DNA from: Candidatus Gastranaerophilales bacterium
GTDB lineage: Bacteria > Cyanobacteriota > Vampirovibrionia > Gastranaerophilales > Gastranaerophilaceae
DNA: 64,000 nucleotides
Assembly (NCBI GenBank): GCA_944326675.1
Contig: CALVET010000040.1
Location: forward strand, 10,552 to 74,551
Direction of reading: 5' to 3'
Part shown: positions 39,049 through 46,793 of the stretch, piece after piece
Layout of the letters: the number at the start of each line of letters is the position of its first letter
How positions within the stretch are numbered: the stretch's first letter is position 1
Notes under the pieces: model-generated
The model's database searches: none
Told to the model about the DNA's origin: nothing
The model's input: only the letters and a program-made list of their open reading frames with translations
Made by a program: the position numbers and the translations under genes

Positions 39049-39062
39049 TTTTCAAAAAAGTA

Positions 39063-39091
39063 TAGACAAAAATATAATTGTGATGTAATAT
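39063..39091 (+). promoter_or_regulatory. Sigma70-like promoter (TAGACA-17nt-TAATAT)
   Basis: Hexamers at 39063-39068 and 39086-39091 with a 17-nt spacer. Lies upstream of the 28-codon ORF. Confidence 0.35.
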
Positions 39092-39120
39092 ATTTATTGC
39101 GTATTATTTTTGAGGTGTAC

Positions 39121-39207
39121 ATGTTTAAATTAATTATAGAACTAATTCGACGTATCTGCCCCTTTAGCGAAAGAGGCCTTGTTTATGTTCCTATTAAAAA
39201 AGATTAA
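39121..39207 (+). CDS. Candidate 28-aa small protein (MFKLIIELIRRICPFSERGLVYVPIKKD)
   Basis: GAGGTG RBS, an upstream promoter-like hexamer pair, and a downstream weak hairpin with a T run (39229-39257). Confidence 0.3.
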   Translation: MFKLIIELIRRICPFSERGLVYVPIKKD

Positions 39208-39349
39208 TTTGAATAATAAATATTTTAAAAAAAGGCCTTTTAAAAAGGTCTTTTTTATTGTTAAAAATTGTGTATAAAAAATAAAAAAACGTTTATTTTT
39301 GGCAATTATTTTTGTTTTTCGGCATTATCAATAAAGGAAAGTTATTAAA

Positions 39350-39430
39350 ATGGTTAATTCTTTATCAAATATGAAATCCCGATATAAAAATCAAGTTCAA
39401 CGCTTGAGAAATTTGATTTGGGGACTGTAA
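39350..39430 (+). CDS. Candidate 26-aa upstream ORF (MVNSLSNMKSRYKNQVQRLRNLIWGL)
   Basis: AAAGGAAAG RBS-like sequence. The ORF ends 19 nt before the ATG of the 39450 gene. Confidence 0.25.
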   Translation: MVNSLSNMKSRYKNQVQRLRNLIWGL

Positions 39431-39449
39431 TTAATATTTAAGGAATGAA

Positions 39450-40844
39450 ATGAATATATCAAATATTGTTAGAAATAATTCAATAAAGCTGTTATCAGGT
39501 TTTGCAAATAATAATGATTCATTGGCGCCGATGGTTTTAAAAGATACCATTTCAAATACCGCTATTGTTGCAACGTATAAAAAAGAAGGCGGTAAGGATG
39601 ACGCAAGAGAAAAAGCTATTGAGGAATACGGAACGGGGGTTGTTTGGCTTTTTGGTATTCCGACTTTGAAAAAACTTTTCGATAAGTCTGTTTATGGACT
39701 TTTTAAATTAAATCCCGATTTTGATATTCGCTTATTAAAAGATAAAGACTATTTAGATAAACTGAAGCAAAATATATTAAATGATAATAATCCTGCGCTA
39801 AATGCACAAAAAGAAGTATTTAATTCTTTAGCTGAAAATAATTCTATATTAAAAAAACTTTCTAATGCTCAGGTTTATAAGGGTCTTTTTGTTTCAAAAT
39901 TTGCGCTTTCTACTTCAATATGTGCTCTTGCTCTTGCAGCTCTTGTAAAATACAAACAAAAAACAACACAAAAAAGAATTGAACAAGATTGCTATAAAAA
40001 TATGGCATCTGAGGTAATGACCAAAAATACGCTGAATAAATCACAAAATTTTTCAAAATTTAATCATGCTAAACCGGAAGGTCAAAAAAAAGATATATCA
40101 TTTAAGGGTTTAGGCGAATTTTTCATGTATAACCCCATTGCTAACAATTCAATTTTGGACGCTGCAATTTCTGCTACAAGATTAAAAGAAGCAAGAAAAG
40201 GAGAAAGAGCTGAAGTCGGTATGAAGGAAGCTTTTCAAATTGTATTTATTTATCTTTTAGCTAAACCTATTCAGATGGTATTTGAGAAAATCGGAGATAA
40301 ATTAAAAATGCCGATTTCTCTTGATCCTATGGTTTTATTTACTAAAAACATTAAAGAAAACCTTACGGCTGCAGCTGAAACAATTGACAGTAAAGATTTA
40401 ATTTATATAACAAGAAATGCAAAAGGTAAGCCCAAAAAAGTACTTAAAGAAGGCGGATTAGATGAAATATTTAAACTTGCAAAAGAAAATATAAACAATC
40501 CTTTACTTGATATATTGGATAAAAACGGTGCAATTCAAATTATCAAAGATAAAAAAGGTAATAAACAGGCAATAAATTATCTTAAAAGATATGATGAAGG
40601 TGCAATTGTTAATACAATGCTTGATATAAAGAAATTAAATAAGCATGTTGATAATATTAAATCAATTAAAGCATATAAAGTTTTTGCGGTATTTGCAAAT
40701 ATTGCAATTGCTGCTTGGGCAACGGGCGTATTACAGCCTAAGCTTGCAATTTTGATGAGAAAAATTATGCACAACGGCGACAACAGAAATCCTGCAATAG
40801 TTGAACAGGAAAGATTGATGAAACTAAAGGCTCATCAGGGCTAG
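39450..40844 (+). CDS. ORFan membrane protein that looks like a fusion of modules A and B of the 25614-27721 pair
   Basis: AAGGAA RBS. 464 aa with two TM-like helices (mid-protein and C-terminal) and an internal repeat of the N-terminal module. TAG stop. Confidence 0.6.
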   Translation: MNISNIVRNNSIKLLSGFANNNDSLAPMVLKDTISNTAIVATYKKEGGKDDAREKAIEEYGTGVVWLFGIPTLKKLFDKSVYGLFKLNPDFDIRLLKDKDYLDKLKQNILNDNNPALNAQKEVFNSLAENNSILKKLSNAQVYKGLFVSKFALSTSICALALAALVKYKQKTTQKRIEQDCYKNMASEVMTKNTLNKSQNFSKFNHAKPEGQKKDISFKGLGEFFMYNPIANNSILDAAISATRLKEARKGERAEVGMKEAFQIVFIYLLAKPIQMVFEKIGDKLKMPISLDPMVLFTKNIKENLTAAAETIDSKDLIYITRNAKGKPKKVLKEGGLDEIFKLAKENINNPLLDILDKNGAIQIIKDKKGNKQAINYLKRYDEGAIVNTMLDIKKLNKHVDNIKSIKAYKVFAVFANIAIAAWATGVLQPKLAILMRKIMHNGDNRNPAIVEQERLMKLKAHQG

Positions 40845-41092
40845 ACTTCAATGAATAATTTTCTGCCTACTATATTAGGCTTTCCGTTATAGTAGCCTGC
40901 AAAATATCCGCCTTGAATGGGTCTGTTTTTGCCGTAGGTTGTGTTTGACCCAAAAGTGGTTGACAAAAAAGGGTTTTCATTTTCGTTGTTTGAAAACGGA
41001 TTATTTGTTTTAGGTGTAATTTGTCTATTTGGTGTAATTTGATTTGTCGAACTTAGAGATTTTGTTAAAAGAGAAACCAGATTTGATAACAT
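40841..41092 (-). CDS. Possible small N/T/S-rich protein (83 aa)
   Basis: Convergent with the 39450 gene; the two share a CTAG stop overlap. Tandem NQITP-NRQITP comes from a GGTGTAATTTG DNA repeat. RBS is weak and composition is more coding-like than the flanking DNA. Confidence 0.35.
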   Translation of the reverse strand: MLSNLVSLLTKSLSSTNQITPNRQITPKTNNPFSNNENENPFLSTTFGSNTTYGKNRPIQGGYFAGYYNGKPNIVGRKLFIEV

Positions 41093-41336
41093 ACAATAGC
41101 CTTTTTTATTTTTTTAATGATATGTTTATAAAAGTCAACATTTTAATTTTAACATTTTAATTGAAAATAAAATCAAATAAATGATTGGAAATTTTAACAA
41201 ATATAAATTTATATTCAAATTTAAAAACTTGTGATAGAATATTATCATTAAGATGGCTTTTATCATTTTATATATAAAAAATTAAATATGCTAATGGTCT
41301 ATCAAATGGTTAATAGATTGTAAGAGGACCGGAACA

Positions 41337-42869
41337 ATTAACACAGTAATATATATAATACTTGCTATTTTAGTAGCAGTTTGCGCACTAATGACAATGC
41401 TTTTTGTAAGACAGAAAGCAAAAGTCGAAGTGCTTGAAAAAAATGAACAAAAATATATTCAAGATTTCAAAGAAAAAGAACAATTCTTAAAAAAAGAAGC
41501 TTTAATTTCTGCAAAAGAAGAGCTTCACAAAGAACGTATGGAACTTGATGAATTAACGAGAGAAAAAAAGCAGGAATTTGAAAAAATTCAACAAGATTTA
41601 TTTAAAAAAGAAGATGAATTAGAAGAAAAATCTCAAGGAATTGTTGATAGAGAAGTTGTTCTTTCAAAAAAAGAAGATGAACTTGAACAAAAAGAAGATT
41701 ATTTGGCCGACGCGATTGCAAAACAAATAACCGAGCTTGAGCGTGTTGCTCAAATGTCCCGTGAAGAAGCAAAGGCAACTTTATTAAACCAATTGAAAGA
41801 TGAATTGGCTCAAGAAAAAATACAGCTTATAAGAGAAAATGAACTTGAAATAAAAGAAGCAGCAGAAGAAAAATCTCGCGAAATTTTAAGTCAAACAATG
41901 CAAAAATGTGCAATAGAACAAGTTATTGAAACAAGTGTTTCCGTTGTATCTCTTCCGTCTGACGAAATGAAAGGAAGAATTATCGGTCGTGAAGGTAGAA
42001 ACATCAGAACGCTTGAAACTTTAACAGGGGTTGATTTAATTATTGATGATACACCTGAAGCTGTTGTATTATCTTCATTTGACCCTGTTAGGCGTGAAGT
42101 TGCAAAATTGACAATAGAAAAACTTATTCAAGACGGTAGAATACATCCTGTTAGAATTGAAGAAGTTTATGAAAAATCTGTAAAAGAAATTGAAAATAAA
42201 ATCAAACAAGAAGGTGAACGCGCAGCTGTTGACCTTGGAATTATGAACCTTAACAAAGAGCTAACAAAAACACTTGGACGCTTATATTATAGAACAAGCT
42301 ACGGACAAAATGTATTAAAACATTCTATCGAAGTAGGGCAAATTGCAGGAATGCTTGCTGCTGAACTTGGGTCTGATGTAAAAAGTGCCAAGCGTGCAGG
42401 GCTTTTACATGATATAGGAAAGGCAGTTGACCAAGAACAAGAAGGAACGCACGTTCAGATTGGTGCTGATTTGTGCCGCCGTTTTGGTGAAAAAGAGCAC
42501 ATAGTTCATGCCATTGAAGCACACCATGATGATGTTCCTTGTATTAATTTAACTGATGCTTTGGTTAAAATAGCCGACACTATATCTGCAGGACGCCCGG
42601 GAGCACGCCGAGATACGCTTGAAATCTATATTAAACGCCTTAAAAAACTGGAAGAAATTGCAAACAGTTATGAAGGTATTAAGCAGTCATTTGCTGTGTC
42701 AGCAGGTCGAGAGGTTAGGGTTATTGTTCAACCTAATGTATTTGATGATGTTGCAAGCTCTAAATTGGCAAGAGATATTGCAAAACGCATTGAGGATGAA
42801 TTGGAATACCCCGGACAAATTCGTGTAACAGTTGTACGTGAGGTTCGTGTTACCGAAATTGCCAAATAA
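41337..42869 (+). CDS. rny: Ribonuclease Y
   Basis: KH block GRIIGREGRNIRTLE and HD block LLHDIGKA. An N-terminal TM helix (INTVIYIILAILVAVCAL) is encoded in frame upstream of the first ATG (41391). I propose an ATT start at 41337, 8 nt after an AAGAGGA RBS. The exact start is uncertain. Confidence 0.85.
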   Translation: MNTVIYIILAILVAVCALMTMLFVRQKAKVEVLEKNEQKYIQDFKEKEQFLKKEALISAKEELHKERMELDELTREKKQEFEKIQQDLFKKEDELEEKSQGIVDREVVLSKKEDELEQKEDYLADAIAKQITELERVAQMSREEAKATLLNQLKDELAQEKIQLIRENELEIKEAAEEKSREILSQTMQKCAIEQVIETSVSVVSLPSDEMKGRIIGREGRNIRTLETLTGVDLIIDDTPEAVVLSSFDPVRREVAKLTIEKLIQDGRIHPVRIEEVYEKSVKEIENKIKQEGERAAVDLGIMNLNKELTKTLGRLYYRTSYGQNVLKHSIEVGQIAGMLAAELGSDVKSAKRAGLLHDIGKAVDQEQEGTHVQIGADLCRRFGEKEHIVHAIEAHHDDVPCINLTDALVKIADTISAGRPGARRDTLEIYIKRLKKLEEIANSYEGIKQSFAVSAGREVRVIVQPNVFDDVASSKLARDIAKRIEDELEYPGQIRVTVVREVRVTEIAK

Positions 42870-42885
42870 CCTTAGGCAATAGTCG

Positions 42886-43701
42886 ATGCAAAAAGATTTT
42901 AAAATATTATTTATAGGTGATATTGTCGGACGCTGCGGCAGAAACGTCGTAGAAAAGTTTTTGACTGATAATAATAAAAAATCTGAATATGATTTTATAA
43001 TTGCTAATGTTGAAAATGCGAGCCATGGTTTTGGTTTAACAAAGAAAAATTATGAAGAGCTAAAAAGCTATGGAATAGATTGCATGACTAGTGGAAATCA
43101 TATTTGGGACAAAAAAGATATTTTGTCTTATATTGATGAGGCAGAAATTTTAATTCGTCCTTATAATTATCATAAGTCAACTTTAGGTGTCGGATATAGA
43201 ATTTTTGACAATGTTATTGTCATAAATCTTTTAGGAAAAACATTTATGCCTCCTATTGATTGTCCTTTTGTAGCTTTAGAAGAATTGATGACGAATTTAA
43301 AATCCAGCGTAGGTTTAGGTGATAAAATTATTATTGTAGATTTTCATGCTGAAGCTACTGCAGAAAAACAATGCTTCGCGCGCTATGCTTTTGATTTAGG
43401 CGTAAGTGCGGTTTTAGGGACACATACTCACGTTCCAACTGCTGATGAATCAATATTAAACGGACATGCATATATTTCCGATGTTGGTTTTTGCGGCAGT
43501 AAAGCAGGGGTAATCGGAATGGACTATCAGGCGTCTTTAAGAAGATTGGTTACATCAATAAATGAAAGATTTGATGTTGAAATGACACCGCCTTATGTGC
43601 TTAATGCATGTGAAATACTCTTTAGCGGTAATTGTGCTAAAAGTATTAAAAGAGTAAGTTTTGAATATAATGAACAAGGGGAAAGGGAAAGTGAAGATTG
43701 A
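42886..43701 (+). CDS. ymdB: YmdB-like metallophosphoesterase (2',3'-cyclic-nucleotide phosphodiesterase family)
   Basis: FIGDIVGRCGR, NVENASHGFG, GNHIWD and DFHAEATAEK blocks. The rny-ymdB synteny matches that in Firmicutes. Confidence 0.85.
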   Translation: MQKDFKILFIGDIVGRCGRNVVEKFLTDNNKKSEYDFIIANVENASHGFGLTKKNYEELKSYGIDCMTSGNHIWDKKDILSYIDEAEILIRPYNYHKSTLGVGYRIFDNVIVINLLGKTFMPPIDCPFVALEELMTNLKSSVGLGDKIIIVDFHAEATAEKQCFARYAFDLGVSAVLGTHTHVPTADESILNGHAYISDVGFCGSKAGVIGMDYQASLRRLVTSINERFDVEMTPPYVLNACEILFSGNCAKSIKRVSFEYNEQGERESED

Positions 43702-44539
43702 TTTACACATTCACACTACTTATTCAGATGGAATGTTAAGTCCTGAAAAAATCGTTGATACTGCAATTCAATGCGGTCTTGATGTGATTGCTTTGACTGA
43801 TCATGACAATGTTCTTTCGCATAAAGTGGCACAAGATTATATTAATAAGAATAATTTAAAACTTGAAGTTATTCCGGGAGTTGAAATTAACACAATATAT
43901 AAAGGCTGGGAAGTTCACATACTCGGATATTTTATGGATGAAAAAAATCAGCAATTCATTGATATGCTTAATTTTCAGCAAAAAGCAAGAATTGAGCAAA
44001 CTCATCAAATTATTGATTTATTGGCAAAAAAGCAAGGAATTAAAATTAAATTTGAAGATGTTCAAAAATTGGTTGCGCCCCAAGGTTCAATCGGCAGACC
44101 TCATATAGCGCGAGCAATAACTTCTTGTGGTGGTAGTTCAAATATCATGGAGGCTTATGCTAAATTCATAAACAATAATTCTGATGTTTATATTGAAAGA
44201 AAGACTGTTTCTCCTCATGATGCCGTAGAAATTATATCTGAAGCAGGCGGTATTCCTGTATTCGCGCATCCTATCGATGTTGATATAGCAGATAGTCTAA
44301 CTTGTGAATTAGTTAATTACGGATTAAGGGGAATTGAAGCATATCACAGAAAACATTCTCCTGCTGCTGTTGAGCATTTTTCAACTTTAGCAGAACAATA
44401 TGGCTTAATTGTAACAGGCGGCTCGGATTTCCATGCACCTTCAATGAACCATGGAACTATATTGATGGGCAAGAATTTCGTTCCTGATTGGATTTACGAT
44501 AAGTTAATTTTGGAAAAGAAAAAAATAGATATGATTTAA
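43691..44539 (+). CDS. PHP-domain phosphoesterase (TrpH/YciV-like)
   Basis: KIDLHIHTTYSDG, ALTDHD and GGSDFH blocks. GTG 43691 is preceded by a GGGGAAAGGGA RBS. Alternative starts are at 43661 and 43670. Confidence 0.8.
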   Translation: MKIDLHIHTTYSDGMLSPEKIVDTAIQCGLDVIALTDHDNVLSHKVAQDYINKNNLKLEVIPGVEINTIYKGWEVHILGYFMDEKNQQFIDMLNFQQKARIEQTHQIIDLLAKKQGIKIKFEDVQKLVAPQGSIGRPHIARAITSCGGSSNIMEAYAKFINNNSDVYIERKTVSPHDAVEIISEAGGIPVFAHPIDVDIADSLTCELVNYGLRGIEAYHRKHSPAAVEHFSTLAEQYGLIVTGGSDFHAPSMNHGTILMGKNFVPDWIYDKLILEKKKIDMI

Positions 44540-45135
44540 AAATCATTTTCAAGATATTCAAAGAATTTATGGAATTTTTTATTTAAAAGTTCCATATTTT
44601 CATCTTCATCTATTTCAATTGTAAGCGTCGGGATTTTTCTTTCAATTCCGCAATATGTTCCAAAGCTTCCCGGGGTAGGATAACCTATGTCATTGCTTAT
44701 TGGATATCCTATAATTGAACTTGCAATTTTTGCTAAATTTTCAGCCGGACCGTCAAAGTTAACCACTTTATATGGTGAGTGTATTGTGATAATTGCGCTA
44801 AAATTATTTTTATTAATTAAATCAACCAAAAATTGAGTTTCAACTTCGCTGTTTGGTTTATACCCGCCAAAATAGTCGCTTGTTGGTTCGCTTAAAGTCC
44901 AGTTTTTTGTCGGAAAGTTTCTGTTTAAATCAACATTATTCAGATTTTTTCTTTTTTGTGAGGGGTTTAATTTTGGTATGTAGAAAATATTGTTCTTTGT
45001 GGTGGTGTTTTTTTTAAGGTATGAATTTATAAAAAATTCTCCTTGTGTTTCGTCGCCGTGAAACACCCCTATTACAAGAATTTTTTTCTTTGATTGATTG
45101 TTTTCTTTTTTAATTAATTTAATATTGTTTTTCAT
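44536..45135 (-). CDS. M14-family zinc carboxypeptidase-like protein (MpaA-like)
   Basis: VIGVFHGDE (HxxE), DLNRNFP and IHSPY blocks. Start set at ATG 45135 because the upstream part of the ORF is the rpaB terminator hairpin. Confidence 0.6.
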   Translation of the reverse strand: MKNNIKLIKKENNQSKKKILVIGVFHGDETQGEFFINSYLKKNTTTKNNIFYIPKLNPSQKRKNLNNVDLNRNFPTKNWTLSEPTSDYFGGYKPNSEVETQFLVDLINKNNFSAIITIHSPYKVVNFDGPAENLAKIASSIIGYPISNDIGYPTPGSFGTYCGIERKIPTLTIEIDEDENMELLNKKFHKFFEYLENDF

Positions 45136-45141
45136 ATTTAT

Positions 45142-45175
45142 AATAAAATATGGCTTGTGTCTTGCACAAGCCATA
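45142..45175 (-). terminator. Intrinsic terminator of the rpaB-like gene
   Basis: On the minus strand: an 11-bp stem, TATGGCTTGTG-caaga-CACAAGCCATA, followed by TTTTATT. Confidence 0.8.
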
Positions 45176-45191
45176 AAATGCAGTTATCTTA

Positions 45192-45935
45192 TTAACCTAT
45201 TCTTTGAAACATATATCCTATACCGCGAGCAGTAAGAATAAGCTCGGGATTTGCAGGGTCGGTTTCTAATTTTGAACGTAATCTTGAAATATGTACGTCT
45301 ACAACACGCGTATCAATTCTATGATCCGGAGGATATGCCCAAACGTGCTGCAAAATTTCATTTCTTGAATATGCTGTTCCTGAATTGTTTACAAGCAATT
45401 CTAATAAGCTGAATTCCATGCCTGTAAGACGTATTCTTTCGTTTTTGCGATATACCTGTCTTCTTGCAGTGTCAATTTTAATGTTGCCTGTTGTAATAAC
45501 ATTTTTTGTTGTTTTACCTGTTGGAATTGTTATATCTTTGTTAACTGTTCTTCTTAATACTGCTTTAACACGAGCTTCAAGCTCTTTTGGGCTGAATGGT
45601 TTAATAACATAATCATCAGCACCTAATTCTAAACCTGTAATTCTTTCTGATACATCACCCAAAGCTGTTAGAATAATAATCGGAACATCAGATACTCTTC
45701 TGATTTCTCTGGTTACTCCATAACCATCCATTTTAGGCATCATAACATCAAGAATAACTATATCAGGATTTGTTTTGTTAAATAGTTCAACTGCTTCTTC
45801 ACCGTCTTCCGCTGTTACAACATTGTATCCTGCCATTTTCAAACGGGTTTCGAGAATTCTTCTAATACTTGCTTCGTCGTCTACAACTAAAATCTTCTGT
45901 TTTGAATCGGTTTGCTCTTGGACGTCTTTGGTCAT
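45192..45935 (-). CDS. rpaB: OmpR-family response regulator, RpaB/Ycf27-like
   Basis: KILVVDDEASIRRILETRL, DVMMPKMDGYGV, LTALGDVSERITGLELGADDYVIKPFSPKELEARV, RIRLTGMEFSLLELLV and DTRVVDVHISRLRSKLETDPANPELILTARGIGYMFQRI. Confidence 0.9.
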   Translation of the reverse strand: MTKDVQEQTDSKQKILVVDDEASIRRILETRLKMAGYNVVTAEDGEEAVELFNKTNPDIVILDVMMPKMDGYGVTREIRRVSDVPIIILTALGDVSERITGLELGADDYVIKPFSPKELEARVKAVLRRTVNKDITIPTGKTTKNVITTGNIKIDTARRQVYRKNERIRLTGMEFSLLELLVNNSGTAYSRNEILQHVWAYPPDHRIDTRVVDVHISRLRSKLETDPANPELILTARGIGYMFQRIG

Positions 45936-46018
45936 TTTTCTTCCTTACTTATTCGTTACTTTTAACATTACAAAATATTAATTTTTTTATCCAATATTAA
46001 CATAAATTAATTTTAAAT

Positions 46019-46047
46019 AAAAAAAAAATGCTCGCTTTGTGCGAGCA
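46019..46047 (-). terminator. Intrinsic terminator of the 46087-46647 gene
   Basis: On the minus strand: TGCTCGC-acaaa-GCGAGCA followed by a long T run. Confidence 0.8.
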
Positions 46048-46086
46048 GTTTTGGTTATATTTAAATTAGGATTTGGAGTTAGTTTA

Positions 46087-46647
46087 TTAGCTTAATTTTA
46101 TTGTGCTATTTTGAATTTCTTGACTTGTTGAACTCTTTAGTTGTTCAAGTTCGGCTTGTTCGGATTCAACCAAGGTTTCTAACTCAGTTTGCTTATCTTG
46201 TATTTCTTTTTCTTTTTCGTTTAAAAGCGGCATAAAGTAATTTTCTGCAAATTCTTTTAAGGCTTCATCATAGAATTCTTGATACATTGTATCTGTGTCT
46301 AGGTTTCCGCTTTCATCATAATATAATTGTGCTTGAGCAGTTAAAGACGGGTTGTTGTAGTATTGTTCTTGAGTTACCGTACCGTATGCTTCTGAATAGT
46401 AGTCTGTTTGTTCTTGAGCCATTTGTGAAGCAACTTCATTTGAGTAACCCATAAAATCAAGTGCATCACCAAATAAATCTTTACCTACTGAAGCAATTTC
46501 ACTTGGTGTTATAGAACCGTCGCCAATTGCTGTTGAAAAACTTGATAATCTTCTCAATTGTCTTGACAATTGTAATTTTTCCATTGTGTGATCGTTGATA
46601 CTTCTTTGAAGTTCACACCTTCTTAATGACATAATTAACCACGCCAT
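46087..46647 (-). CDS. Hypothetical protein with a Q/E/Y-rich middle and a coiled-coil C-terminus
   Basis: 186 aa. AGGAG RBS 10 nt upstream and its own terminator. No family recognised. Confidence 0.55.
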   Translation of the reverse strand: MAWLIMSLRRCELQRSINDHTMEKLQLSRQLRRLSSFSTAIGDGSITPSEIASVGKDLFGDALDFMGYSNEVASQMAQEQTDYYSEAYGTVTQEQYYNNPSLTAQAQLYYDESGNLDTDTMYQEFYDEALKEFAENYFMPLLNEKEKEIQDKQTELETLVESEQAELEQLKSSTSQEIQNSTIKLS

Positions 46648-46743
46648 AATATTACACTCCTAACCTAATTTAATTTTTAAACTAACCTTTACAATATAAT
46701 AAAGTTATTTTTAATTTAAAAATTGCTTTTTATTTTTTTGCTG

Positions 46744-46763
46744 CTTAACATTACTTAACAATA
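46744..46763 (+). promoter_or_regulatory. Exact 10-bp-phased tandem repeat CTTAACATTA / CTTAACAATA
   Basis: Located 30-50 nt upstream of the radical SAM ATG, in the divergent intergenic region next to the rpaB neighbourhood. Confidence 0.3.
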
Positions 46764-46793
46764 TTTTTTTATTTTTATAGTTTAATAAATAAT

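Noticed and set aside
41137-41163. Tandem AACATTTTAATT(TT) repeat upstream of rny.
   Set aside because: It has only two copies of an A/T-only 12-14-mer in an A/T-rich spacer. That cannot be distinguished from chance or slippage without comparative data.
45136-45174. N-terminal extension (MACARHKPYFIIN) of the M14 peptidase ORF.
   Set aside because: This stretch is the 11-bp-stem terminator hairpin of the upstream rpaB-like gene, so the peptidase more likely starts at ATG 45135.
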